64,000 nt of DNA from Candidatus Culexmicrobium cathedralense (GTDB lineage Archaea; Thermoproteota; Methanomethylicia; Culexarchaeales; Culexmicrobiaceae): NCBI GenBank assembly GCA_025061115.1, contig JANZKC010000001.1, positions 779,366 through 843,365 on the forward strand, read 5' to 3'. The notes beneath the pieces are model-generated. The model had not been told where the DNA came from. It was given only the letters and a program-made list of their open reading frames with translations, and did not search any database. Both the position numbers and the translations under genes were made by a program. Shown here piece after piece: positions 10,708-20,065 of this stretch. Each line of letters opens with the position of its first letter. Position 1 is the stretch's first letter.

Positions 10708-11817
10708 TTACTGACCGATGCCAATGGTATTTCCAATTCCTGCAATAATCACTGTCTCCCCCTCCTTAACCCGCTCCCTGATTATGTCCAGCACTTTCTG
10801 AACCGCCTTTTCAGCAGCTTCTAAAACTTCCCTACGCATAACTGTTATGGCTTCTTCTAATGAAATCTTTATTGCAATAGCATCTATTGGAATGTTGTAT
10901 TTAACTGCAATTTCCTCTATTTTATATTTTTCAGGGCCAGGGTCACCAATAGCAGCTCCTACACCCTCTGCTATCCTGCCTGTCTTTTCCCCTTCGAGTT
11001 TGGCCGCAGCATCAACCATAATTATTCTGGCAATAGACCCCCCGTTTTGAGCTACAATTCTGGCGATAGCCTCTCCCGGCTTTCCAACTTCTGCCCCCGG
11101 ACCTTTAGCCTTAATTACTATGACCTTCCGACCTTCAAAGTCAAACTCTGAGGCAACGACATTTTTAGCTATCTCTTTATATGGCTTTCCACGCATAAGC
11201 TTTGCTGCAACAAGCGCTCCAACGCCATCTCCGATTGGCTTGCCATTCGAAAAAGCGTCTACTGCGCCGAAGAAAGCTTCAGCATAACGCAGTATTATTG
11301 GAAGATACATCTGAAGTTGCATTATGAAGACAACGCTTTTCGTTTTCTTACTAAGAAGAAGCAAATGCCGTATTTCTCTATATAGAGTGTTGAGTACAAT
11401 GGTTGCCTCCAATAATCCCTCTATATTTGAAATAAAAGTAGGATCAGCGTTGGGAGCAATTTTCCTGGCGAAAGCTTCAATTCTCCTATCACGCGTATTC
11501 AGTACATGTTCAAGTCTTCTAATAACTCCAGCAGGATCAAGAGAAACCGGCGCTATGTAAAAGAAGTCCAGAAAGTCTTCAATTAAAGGAGTGGGGTCAA
11601 AGTTCGGGTTGCCTAATTCCTTGACAGTTTTTATGGTGATGCTCTTTGCGCTAGATGCAAGATAATGCAATCGCCGAAGTGCTCCCTCCGCCTCCCTAAT
11701 CCACATCCAAACCTGAATACGCTGATTAAACAGCGTTATAAATAGAGCAAAACCCAAGAAGAATATTATGTCAAGTACATATTTATTAAGGGAATCCTCA
11801 ATTGGCAAGAAAGACAT
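10708..11817 (-). CDS. DUF1512-family protein
   Basis: PVSLDPAG, PIGDGVG, KGPG..VGKPG, VDAA.KLEGE.TG..AEG.G.AIGDPGPEK; ATG 11817 preferred. Confidence 0.85.
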   Translation of the reverse strand: MSFLPIEDSLNKYVLDIIFFLGFALFITLFNQRIQVWMWIREAEGALRRLHYLASSAKSITIKTVKELGNPNFDPTPLIEDFLDFFYIAPVSLDPAGVIRRLEHVLNTRDRRIEAFARKIAPNADPTFISNIEGLLEATIVLNTLYREIRHLLLLSKKTKSVVFIMQLQMYLPIILRYAEAFFGAVDAFSNGKPIGDGVGALVAAKLMRGKPYKEIAKNVVASEFDFEGRKVIVIKAKGPGAEVGKPGEAIARIVAQNGGSIARIIMVDAAAKLEGEKTGRIAEGVGAAIGDPGPEKYKIEEIAVKYNIPIDAIAIKISLEEAITVMRREVLEAAEKAVQKVLDIIRERVKEGETVIIAGIGNTIGIGQ

Positions 11818-11941
11818 GATAATTAACTTCAAGCCGCCTCTAAACCTCCCAATTCGGTTAGAAACATGATGAAAACTATAAATAAATTTATTCATCCCAT
11901 TAAGGCTTAATAAAATCAAAAATGAAATTGCAAATTAATGA

Positions 11942-12070
11942 GTGCACCGCCAGCACGCCCCTTTCCCGGTGCCTCTCGGACACCAGTACTCAGGCGCGCG
12001 GCAGTGGGCTTGACTTCCGGGTTCGGAATGAGTCCGGGTATTTCCCCACTGCCTATGGCCGGCGGTGCAC
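11942..12070 (-). rRNA. rrf: 5S rRNA (not linked to 16S/23S)
   Basis: GGCCATAG, ACCCGGACTCATTCCGAACCCGGAAGTCAAG, AGTACTG and CCGGGAA segments; terminal helix GTGCACCGCC/GGCGGTGCAC. Confidence 0.95.
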
Positions 12071-12185
12071 TCAAAATATGGGAGTTACTTGCACACTAAT
12101 AAACCTTCCTTCATCAACTGAACTTAACTATCAAAAGACAATCGATAAGTTAAGCTTATAAAACATGGATACAAGCTTTTCTTGG

Positions 12186-12297
12186 GCCGGGGTCGCCTAG
12201 CCTGGTTAGGGCGCCGGACTCATAATCTAAGCGATATAGGGGACCAGACATAGGTGGAATCCGGTTTTCGCGGGTTCGAAGCCCGCCCCCGGCACCA
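12186..12297 (+). tRNA. tRNA-Met(CAT), elongator, with 34-nt anticodon-loop intron; CCA encoded
   Basis: GCCGGGG acceptor, CCGGA-CTCATAA-TCCGG anticodon arm after splicing, GGTTCGAA T-loop. Confidence 0.9.
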
Positions 12298-12389
12298 AAC
12301 ACTGGTACCCTTCTAAACCAGCAATACTCGCCATGGGCATAATAGAAGAATCTAAGGTCTTATTCCTTAAACACTCATTTTCAAAATAA

Positions 12390-12461
12390 AGCCGGGGAGG
12401 GGATTTGAACCCCTGTAAAGCGGATCTGCAGTCCGCCGCCTAACCACTTGGCTACCCCGGC
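12390..12461 (-). tRNA. tRNA-Cys(GCA)
   Basis: Full cloverleaf, GCGGA-CTGCAGA-TCCGC, U73 discriminator. Confidence 0.95.
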
Positions 12462-12538
12462 TCTATATTAAGCTACTTGCAAGGTGGATTATATAAGTTT
12501 GACTTGAAGAAACTTAGTGGATAGCTATAGTAAAGTGC

Positions 12539-13060
12539 TTACTTAGCTTGCAGAGGCTCTTGGAGAGCTTCTATTACTATTCTTGTAGGTACAGATATCT
12601 TTGAGCCAGCAACTTTAAGCGCTCTTTTAGCTTGCTCTATGTGTTCAGGTTTTGTGCGTATGAGGATTATTGTTTGTCCTGGCCTTACTCTTGCAGCAGT
12701 TCCAATTGGTTTTCCAAATGCTAGGCGCATGCCATCTTGAAGACGGTCTGCGCCGGCGAAAGCCATCATTTTATTTTCTCTTAGGACGTGGTGTGGGTAA
12801 ACTTTGATTTTTAGGTGATAATTTGAGCGCCCGATTTTCTCCATAATTTTATTAGCGGATACGCGTGCAGCTTCTAACGCGTTGTGCCTAATTTGACCAA
12901 TTTCTTTGGAAACGAGCCTCACTTCTATTGGAAAATCACCTTTAGGGTTACCCATATCGAATCTTGCAATTTTTGGGGGCGGAACTCCACTTATATACTC
13001 TCGTCTGGTATATGGTGGTCCGCTTATGTGTCTGTAGCATCTCCCTGGTCTTAGAGGCAT
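12539..13060 (-). CDS. rpl10e: 50S ribosomal protein uL16 (L10e)
   Basis: [39 protein letters not shown]. Confidence 0.97.
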   Translation of the reverse strand: MPLRPGRCYRHISGPPYTRREYISGVPPPKIARFDMGNPKGDFPIEVRLVSKEIGQIRHNALEAARVSANKIMEKIGRSNYHLKIKVYPHHVLRENKMMAFAGADRLQDGMRLAFGKPIGTAARVRPGQTIILIRTKPEHIEQAKRALKVAGSKISVPTRIVIEALQEPLQAK

Positions 13061-13123
13061 GACTTATCCACTCGGCTAGTGATTACGCAAAACCATAATT
13101 TAAGGATTGCTGAGGATGTATGG

Positions 13124-14188
13124 CTAGATTTTTTCTAGCATAATTATGAATGGGTGTAGATTTCCGTGAAATACGCGCCTATACCCTTTAACTGTGTAAT
13201 TTAGGTCATTGGCAAGTCGTTTTATTAAGCGTAGCTCGGTTGATAGGAGGGTTATTAAACCATTGTCTTTCAAGGTTTCTCTGGCAGAAGAGAGAAATTC
13301 TCGATATAATGATTTAATTATTGACCGCCTGCCAGTTCTTATGCCATATGGTAGATTTGAAATTATCCTGTCAATGTCAAAGTTTAATTCCTCATTTATT
13401 CGTCTTGCATCACCAACCTTAAAACATACTTTATCATGCACGCCAGCTGCCAGTGCGTTTAGCTTTGCACCTTTCACATGCTTTGGGGAAATGTCCATCC
13501 CATAAATTTCGCATGATGAATTGATAAAGCAGCACTCTATGGGGATGGTGCCACCGCCGCACATTGGGTCTACCACTATACAACCTTTGAATAATTGCGA
13601 CATCATGGACATTGCATAGGCAATTGTGGGCTTAAGAGCAGCTGGGTGATCGTAGACTCTATAGCCACGCCTATGTAATGATTGGTCACCAGTAGTGCAT
13701 ATACTCACAAAGCAGACTTCACCGACAACGTCTACTCGAACAATTACTGCAGGATTATCGAGATTTACCGGAGGGGACTGACTCCCACTTGAAAATAAGT
13801 CTTTGACTGCTTTTCCAGCTATTCTGGCAATATCCATAGAGGTATATTCGTGCGAGCCTAGCCGCTCTGCTCGAACGGCGAAGCTGATATGCGGATTTAG
13901 GTACTCTTCAATACCAGATTTCAATATGCAGTCATATATGTCATTCAATCCAGCAGTTCTCCTTGAAATCTTGCTGGTAGAGAGAAGTATGGAAACTCGA
14001 TGAAGTAGCCTAGACTTCGAATTCAGTAGGGATGATGCGTAATCTCCATTTTCAGTACACTCTACGATGAGCCTTCCTTGAACTCCCAAGGGCTTAATTC
14101 TTGCTTCCGAGATGGTGAGCAAGTTGCTGACTTCTTCAAGAGCAATGTCTTCTATTCCAGGGCATGTTGTTAGTAGGAGGCGAGTCAT
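13124..14188 (-). CDS. trm14: THUMP-domain tRNA guanine-N2 methyltransferase (Trm14-like, m2G6)
   Basis: THUMP domain, SLHRRGYR, HPAALKPT, DPMCGGGTI, NLPYG. Confidence 0.85.
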   Translation of the reverse strand: MTRLLLTTCPGIEDIALEEVSNLLTISEARIKPLGVQGRLIVECTENGDYASSLLNSKSRLLHRVSILLSTSKISRRTAGLNDIYDCILKSGIEEYLNPHISFAVRAERLGSHEYTSMDIARIAGKAVKDLFSSGSQSPPVNLDNPAVIVRVDVVGEVCFVSICTTGDQSLHRRGYRVYDHPAALKPTIAYAMSMMSQLFKGCIVVDPMCGGGTIPIECCFINSSCEIYGMDISPKHVKGAKLNALAAGVHDKVCFKVGDARRINEELNFDIDRIISNLPYGIRTGRRSIIKSLYREFLSSARETLKDNGLITLLSTELRLIKRLANDLNYTVKGYRRVFHGNLHPFIIMLEKI

Positions 14189-14201
14189 TTTCTACTCCAT
14201 C

Positions 14202-15269
14202 CTACTCAACTCTTGCAATGTAGATGTTGTGTTTAGTTCGTAGTATGCGCGCATAAACTTTAACTCCAATTGGAATGTCATCGGCATCGACGAGGGTAAT
14301 TACTCTTCCCTTGGCAGTCGCTATTTTTTCGCCCTTGAGCCACCCTGGACCTACGACGGTGACCTTAACTTTTTCAAAGCGCTTGAATGGACGCGGCAAC
14401 ATAGGCAATTTAATTATATTGAAGTCCTCGGGTTTAAGTATGAGCTTTACATTTAACTCCTTCTCCCAAACCCTTAGAGTTTTATAGAACTTGTACCACG
14501 AAATGGGTTTAACTCCAGGAGGTTTCCTTCCAAATTTATGATACTCATATTTCTGTATTCCTAATGGTGGCCACTTCTTTCCTGCGCCAATTTTCTTCGC
14601 GAACTCTACGATCTTTGGAATTTCGCTATTGTTGATTCCAGGAATCCAAACTGGAGCTATGAGTAAGTCTATCTTAGACTGCGAAATATATTCAGCAATG
14701 CTGGTGATGTGGTTGATGTCGTAGAAATCGGCTCCAGCAATTTTCCTTGCAAGATCCTCATTTAAGGCATCAATCGACAGGTTTATTCTAGATAGACCTG
14801 CATCAGCCAGCTCATCAATCATGCGCTCATTAAGTAGGGTTCCATGTGTCTGCATGGATATAACTTCAATTCCAGGAATGTCTGCCAGTTTACATACTAA
14901 GTCTATGAGGTGAGGGTAAGTTGTCGGGTCGCCAACGGTGTCGATATGAGCTTCTATGTGTCTTCCACCTTTAAAAGCTACAAGCTCTCTAACCACGTGG
15001 ATTAGGTAGTCCAATTCAACAAAATACTCTGTTTGGCGCCATTTTGACTTTGGACCTGCATCAGTTGAGCAAAATATGCAAGAAAGAGGGCAGGTCGAAC
15101 TGGGGCGAATTTGCAGTATGTTAGTTCCCCTATCTATAACTCCAAAAGCAATGCATCCTACTAGGGGGATGTCATCGCTCCAATTAATTTTGAACAATTT
15201 CCGCGTATTGCTGCATTGACAATTTGGCATTTCAAGCACCAGCATTAACCCGCATATTATTGCATGCAA
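14202..15269 (-). CDS. Radical SAM protein with C-terminal TRAM domain (COG2100-like)
   Basis: FGVIDRGTN..Q.RP, CPLSCIFC, EAHID..GDP; C-terminal TRAM-like beta barrel; start uncertain. Confidence 0.85.
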   Translation of the reverse strand: MHAIICGLMLVLEMPNCQCSNTRKLFKINWSDDIPLVGCIAFGVIDRGTNILQIRPSSTCPLSCIFCSTDAGPKSKWRQTEYFVELDYLIHVVRELVAFKGGRHIEAHIDTVGDPTTYPHLIDLVCKLADIPGIEVISMQTHGTLLNERMIDELADAGLSRINLSIDALNEDLARKIAGADFYDINHITSIAEYISQSKIDLLIAPVWIPGINNSEIPKIVEFAKKIGAGKKWPPLGIQKYEYHKFGRKPPGVKPISWYKFYKTLRVWEKELNVKLILKPEDFNIIKLPMLPRPFKRFEKVKVTVVGPGWLKGEKIATAKGRVITLVDADDIPIGVKVYARILRTKHNIYIARVE

Positions 15270-15311
15270 AACACATAGATAGCTTTAATTCTTCGCTCGA
15301 TAAAATTGTAA

Positions 15312-15521
15312 GGGGGCTCTGCCGCATACCACGCTAGACGGACCTAGGGGAGAAGGAGAATCCATCGATGACCCTTAGGGGTACCCAGGCGTGGGACAGG
15401 TAGAGCCCATTCATGGGGTGGGGAGCTAAGTCCCGCCGTCGAGAGTGCCCAAAGAGAGAGGCTTGCCCCCTCCCAATGAAATTGGGTGATCGCGTGCGGG
15501 GGACAGCTCCGCCACCCCATG
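15312..15521 (+). ncRNA. Two-hairpin H/ACA-box guide RNA candidate
   Basis: GC-rich; two stem-pocket-stem units with GA...ATGA K-turn-like tops, each followed by ACA (15396-15398, 15503-15505), each closed by an outer stem; TTTAAT about 25 nt upstream. Confidence 0.7.
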
Positions 15522-15622
15522 CGCCCAATAATTCAGAAGAAAACAGCTTAGAACCTAAGAAGTTATTTATGTGAAAGCATAAACTGCTTTGAAAGAGCCT
15601 AAAATGGCGAAGATGCCAATAA

Positions 15623-16090
15623 TTACTTAGCAATAAAGCTTTTCCATAAGCGTTCTTGACGCCTAATCTTAGCTGCAGATAAAGGACGCAGATCATTATC
15701 TTTTACAAGAGAGACAACGACGATTTCTAGTGGTGAAAGACCCCGGCTTTCTCTAATGCGGTTTATTTCTAAGGCTCGAGGCAAAGTTTCTTCACTAACC
15801 ACAATGGCGGAGATGTCTTCGCTATTTATCGTTGGTCCATAAGGATCGTTAAGAATTACAATTTGCGCTCTTTCACTAACGCCTATGCTTTCTAAAAACC
15901 GCTTCAAAAGTTTCACTCTTTCATTGAGTGGGGGCACGTAATGCGCTTTAAATCTTGCCAGCTTATCGCTTGTAATGCCTATTATCACTTTATTTCCCAC
16001 TTCAAAGCATTTTTTTAGTAAGAGCTTATGTCCCTCGTGAAGAGAGTCGAAAGTGCCTCCAACTGCAACGCATTCATGCTTTTGTTTCAT
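15623..16090 (-). CDS. coaD: Phosphopantetheine adenylyltransferase
   Basis: VGGTFDSLHEGH, GITSD, DPYGP, IVVSEET, EINRIR; ATG 16090. Confidence 0.9.
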   Translation of the reverse strand: MKQKHECVAVGGTFDSLHEGHKLLLKKCFEVGNKVIIGITSDKLARFKAHYVPPLNERVKLLKRFLESIGVSERAQIVILNDPYGPTINSEDISAIVVSEETLPRALEINRIRESRGLSPLEIVVVSLVKDNDLRPLSAAKIRRQERLWKSFIAK

Positions 16091-16317
16091 AAGTTCACCA
16101 CGCAGGAGCAGTACTGGTACTATTGTTAGATGAAGCGTTTTTAAATAGTTCTTTGTCAAAAAATTGCGTTAACTTCAACTGATAACTCAAGTTAACTTGA
16201 ATTTTGAGGCGTTGCACTTATCCCGCCATATTCACAGGCAAATTACGATTTAAAGGCTAGGTGAAGAAAAGCTTATCACCTGCTAGGGAAATTTTGGTAC
16301 ATGGGGCTGGCTGGGCT

Positions 16318-16471
16318 GGGACCCCCTTTAGGGGGCAGCATGCCGTAGCTCAGCAAGGTAGAGCGGCGGGCTCCAGAGCGCATAGGTAGAATTTGACCGG
16401 AAGGGATGATGTAGCTCTGGAGCGCGGGAGCAACCCGTTGGTCGTGGGTTCAAGTCCCACCGGCCCCACCA
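16318..16471 (+). tRNA. tRNA-Trp(CCA) with two introns (3/4: 16321-16341; 37/38: 16377-16432); CCA encoded
   Basis: Removing both introns restores the GGGGCCG/CGGCCCC acceptor and GCGGG-CTCCAGA-CCCGT arm; BHB motifs at both junctions. Confidence 0.88.
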
Positions 16472-16591
16472 ATAATCACATCTAACTTCTAGCTTAACAG
16501 CAGGCGTCTAGTTCAATGTAAGTAATATAAAATTCGAATATGCCAAATAGGCTATTAGCTGTTTAGAAGCATATTACATCGAGGTGGAAAA

Positions 16592-17302
16592 TTGAGTACT
16601 GATAAGGCTAAGCTCATGGCTGCTAAGGCAGCTTTAAAGCACATATCATCCGGGCTAGTCGTAGGGCTTGGCTCCGGCTCTACCGTCGAAATTTTCATTG
16701 AGGAACTTGCCAAGGAAGTAAAGCGCAGGAAGCTGGAGATCCAAGTAATTCCTTCATCATATCAAGTATTATTCCTGGCGCATAAGCATGGGCTGGAAGT
16801 TAAATTGCCGAGCGACGTAGAAAGAGTCGATATAGCCATCGATGGTGCTGACGAAATAGATCCAAAGTTGAATCTGCTTAAGGGTGGCGGCGCAGCTCTA
16901 GTGCGAGAAAAAATTGTTGCTTATATGGCTGAGAAGTATGTGATAATCGCAGATTACACGAAATTAGTTGAAAGGCTTGGGGAGAAAAAACCCATTCCAG
17001 TAGAGATACTTCCTTTTGCTTGGAAATGGACCCTTAATCACCTCAAGAAATATGGTGATGTAAAAATAAGGATGGCAAAAGGCGGAAAAGTTGGGCCAAT
17101 AGTGACAGATAACGGCAATTTCATAGCGGATCTGTACGTAAAGACAGTTGACGCCCCCGAAATACTCGAAAGGGAAATCAAGAGAATACCAGGGGTTATA
17201 GAGGTCGGGATTTTCACTGGGTTAACTGATGTCGCGTACATTGGCCATGTTGATAGTGTTGAGGTTCTCACTTCAAAGCAGCGGGTAAGTACTATCAATT
17301 AA
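16592..17302 (+). CDS. rpiA: Ribose-5-phosphate isomerase A
   Basis: GLGSGST, DGADE, KGGGAAL.REK, TDNGN. Confidence 0.96.
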   Translation: MSTDKAKLMAAKAALKHISSGLVVGLGSGSTVEIFIEELAKEVKRRKLEIQVIPSSYQVLFLAHKHGLEVKLPSDVERVDIAIDGADEIDPKLNLLKGGGAALVREKIVAYMAEKYVIIADYTKLVERLGEKKPIPVEILPFAWKWTLNHLKKYGDVKIRMAKGGKVGPIVTDNGNFIADLYVKTVDAPEILEREIKRIPGVIEVGIFTGLTDVAYIGHVDSVEVLTSKQRVSTIN

Positions 17303-17344
17303 CTTTGGTGTTAAGAACTATGCTGTGGGCATCATAGGGAGTAT

Positions 17345-17437
17345 TGGAGCCCCGGGCGGGATTTGAACCCGCGACCAACGGCTTACGAGGCTCGGCGCCA
17401 AAGGCTCCGCCGCTCTGCCGGACTGAGCTACCGGGGC
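17345..17437 (-). tRNA. tRNA-Thr(CGT) with 16-nt intron at 30/31 (17391-17406); CCA encoded
   Basis: Strict BHB GAG-CGGC-GGA-GCC-ttt-GGC-GCCG-AGC-CTC; spliced arm GCGGC-CTCGTAA-GCCGT. Confidence 0.9.
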
Positions 17438-17599
17438 ATTTATATCCATATGCCCCATGACTGAAATAAAACTTAAAATTTTTGTATATGTCCTGATAGG
17501 CTAAACTTAATGCCCCCTAGAACTTAGAAAGACTTAGATAAGATAAGCACCTTAGGATTGAGTGAATTAAAATGAGGAGCAATACATGGAGGAAGTTAA

Positions 17600-18754
17600 A
17601 TGGGCGGTGTAGCTGTGACTGCAAAATATAATATTCGCGTTCACTTTGAAGTAGAGGGTATTGTTGAAAAGCCAGATGTTATCGGGGCAATATTTGGTCA
17701 AACAGAAGGATTGTTAGGAGACGAGCTTGATCTAAGGGAGCTGCAGAGAACTGGAAGAATCGGCAGAATACAAGTCCACTTAGAGACGAAGGGAGGAAAA
17801 ACTTCGGGAGCCGTCATTATACCGTCAAGCTTGGGCAGAGTGGAAACAGCACTAATCGCAGCAGCCATTGAAACAATAGACAAAGTGGGACCATGCACTG
17901 CGAAATTCACACTTAAGGATATAGAGGATCTAAGAGAAGAGAAGAGAAGGTGGGTAATTGAGCGCGCAAAAGAAATATTGCTTAAATGGGAACAGGAAAA
18001 AATTCCTGAAACTAAAGAGCTCATTGAAAACCTACTTCGTGAAATTAGAGTTGCAGAAATCATAAAGTTTGGAGATGAAGGATTGCCTGCAGGGCCGGAT
18101 GTCCCCCACGAGGACACAATAATTATCGTAGAGGGTAGAGCTGATGTGTTAAATCTATTGAAACACGGCTATAGAAACGCCATAGCAATTGAAGGAACAT
18201 CGATACCAAAAACAATTATTGAACTTAGCAAGAAAAAGAAAACCATAGCCTTCGTAGATGGAGATAGGGCAGGAGAACTAATTTTAAAGGAGCTACTTCA
18301 GGTAGCAGATATCGATTACATTGCTCGCGCTCCACCTGGGAAAGAAGTAGAAGAATTAACTGCTAAGGAGATAGTCAAGTGCTTATCAAGCTTAACTCCT
18401 GCAGGCCAGTTTCTATCTCAGTTAGAAAAAGCCAAACAAAAAGCTAGAGTAACATATGTACCGCAAATTCCTGATCATGCCATTAGAAAGGCCAAGGAAA
18501 TCATAGGAACACTAAAGGCAGTAATATATGATAAAAGGTGGAAAGCAATTAAGGAAATTTCAGTTAGGGATCTAGCAGAACAACTACAGAAAATTGAAAA
18601 CGTCTATGCAATAGTATTTGACGGAATAATAACACAACGACTAGTTGACATCGCAGGGGAAAAAGGAGTAAACTTAATTGTTGGAGCAAGAATTGGAAGC
18701 ATAACTAAACGGCCAGCAACACTCACACTACTAACATTCGAAAACATAATTTAA
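17600..18754 (+). CDS. dnaG: Archaeal DnaG (exosome-associated, primase-like)
   Basis: DVIGAIFGQTEGLLG, IVEGRADV, DGDRAG TOPRIM motifs. Confidence 0.95.
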   Translation: MGGVAVTAKYNIRVHFEVEGIVEKPDVIGAIFGQTEGLLGDELDLRELQRTGRIGRIQVHLETKGGKTSGAVIIPSSLGRVETALIAAAIETIDKVGPCTAKFTLKDIEDLREEKRRWVIERAKEILLKWEQEKIPETKELIENLLREIRVAEIIKFGDEGLPAGPDVPHEDTIIIVEGRADVLNLLKHGYRNAIAIEGTSIPKTIIELSKKKKTIAFVDGDRAGELILKELLQVADIDYIARAPPGKEVEELTAKEIVKCLSSLTPAGQFLSQLEKAKQKARVTYVPQIPDHAIRKAKEIIGTLKAVIYDKRWKAIKEISVRDLAEQLQKIENVYAIVFDGIITQRLVDIAGEKGVNLIVGARIGSITKRPATLTLLTFENII

Positions 18755-18814
18755 TTTATTACCGCCCAAACCAATAATATTTTGATTTGAAAAGAGCTGC
18801 CGAAGGCGAGAATA

Positions 18815-20065
18815 TTGGAAAATGAGAGAGTTAAAAAGTTATTTGATGATTTTAAGTGTGCAGCTGAAACCCTCAAAGAGAAAGCTGTTGAGAAAGTGCA
18901 TATAATTTATCATGATGACGCAGATGGAGTGACAGCAGCAGCCATATTAAAAGCATCACTTGAAAGAAGGCAAATTCAAGTTAAAATGATATGCATTGAA
19001 AAGCTCTACCCAGAAATCATCGAAAAACTACATAGCGAGAAAGGCAAAGTCTACATTTATGCAGATATCGGAGCACCTCATGCAGATAGGATATCCAGCG
19101 TAAACAAGGGAAGAAATCTAACTATAATACTAGATCACCACGACACCTTACTCTCATCAGATCCAGCAGTGATCAACTTGGATCCAGAGCTTTATGGAAT
19201 TAGCGGAGAGGAGGAAGCTAGCGGCGCAACTGTTTGCTACCTCTTCTCTAAAATTCTCTCTGAAAGAAATGTTGACTTAGCGCATTTAGCAGTAATTGGC
19301 TCATCAGAGATACCAGGCCCAGTTAGAGGCTTAAACTTGATAGCTTTAGAAGATGCTTTAAAGGTCGGAACTATCCAAGTGAAGCAAGTAAATGAAGAAA
19401 AGAAGTATTTAGTTACAGCTTATGGGAGGCCTGAGCCTAGAGAGAAGATAGCATCTAAATTGACAGCCATGGCAGCAATTGGATACTACATAGGCGGCCC
19501 TAAAAGGGCAGTAAATGCTTGTCTATCAGGTTTTTCGGAGAGAGACTTGCAATTTATTAAGGAGCTCGATCAACAGCGCAGGAAAGTAAATCGACAACTC
19601 ATAGCAAAACTCAAACATTCAGGCATTCGACAAGCTAGATTTGTCCAGTGGTTTCACGCCTACGACGCCTACAAGGGCATGGGAGTAAAAACCATAGGTA
19701 CCTTCTGTAGCTACTTATCATTTCAAAAGTGGATTAACCAAGGGAAGTATTTGATCGGCTTCATGTACATGTCCAGAGTCATACCTGAATTAGGAGAATT
19801 AAGTAGGGATTACGTTAAATTTTCGGCAAGAGTCCCTAAACAATTAGCTCTAGCAATAAGGGATGGACGAATGCCACCTATATCAACAGCACTATCAGAA
19901 GCTGCCAAGGTATTTGGAGGATTCGCGGATGGGCATGACGTTGCAGCATCGGGGGTAATACCTAGGGGTTTCGAAAAAGAGTTCATCAAGAAATTAGATG
20001 AAATCATTTCAAGATGTGCCGCAAGTTCATCGCCGTTTAAACCAAAAGTCCAGCGTTACAGTTGA
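18815..20065 (+). CDS. DHH-family phosphoesterase (RecJ/Cdc45-like)
   Basis: HDDADG, YADIG, LDHH, GHDVAASG. Confidence 0.85.
   Translation: MENERVKKLFDDFKCAAETLKEKAVEKVHIIYHDDADGVTAAAILKASLERRQIQVKMICIEKLYPEIIEKLHSEKGKVYIYADIGAPHADRISSVNKGRNLTIILDHHDTLLSSDPAVINLDPELYGISGEEEASGATVCYLFSKILSERNVDLAHLAVIGSSEIPGPVRGLNLIALEDALKVGTIQVKQVNEEKKYLVTAYGRPEPREKIASKLTAMAAIGYYIGGPKRAVNACLSGFSERDLQFIKELDQQRRKVNRQLIAKLKHSGIRQARFVQWFHAYDAYKGMGVKTIGTFCSYLSFQKWINQGKYLIGFMYMSRVIPELGELSRDYVKFSARVPKQLALAIRDGRMPPISTALSEAAKVFGGFADGHDVAASGVIPRGFEKEFIKKLDEIISRCAASSSPFKPKVQRYS

Noticed and set aside
11922-12161. 79-aa ORF
   Set aside because: Overlaps the 5S rRNA on the opposite strand
15334-15696. 120-aa ORF, or RNase P/SRP RNA, as the explanation of the GC-rich block
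   Set aside because: No protein motif; lacks RNase P GAGGAAAGUCC-type and SRP helix-8 signatures; H/ACA architecture fits better
16303-16341. tRNA-Trp starting at GGGG 16303 with a 36-nt intron, or a split/truncated tRNA
   Set aside because: A strict BHB defines a 21-nt intron and a start at 16318
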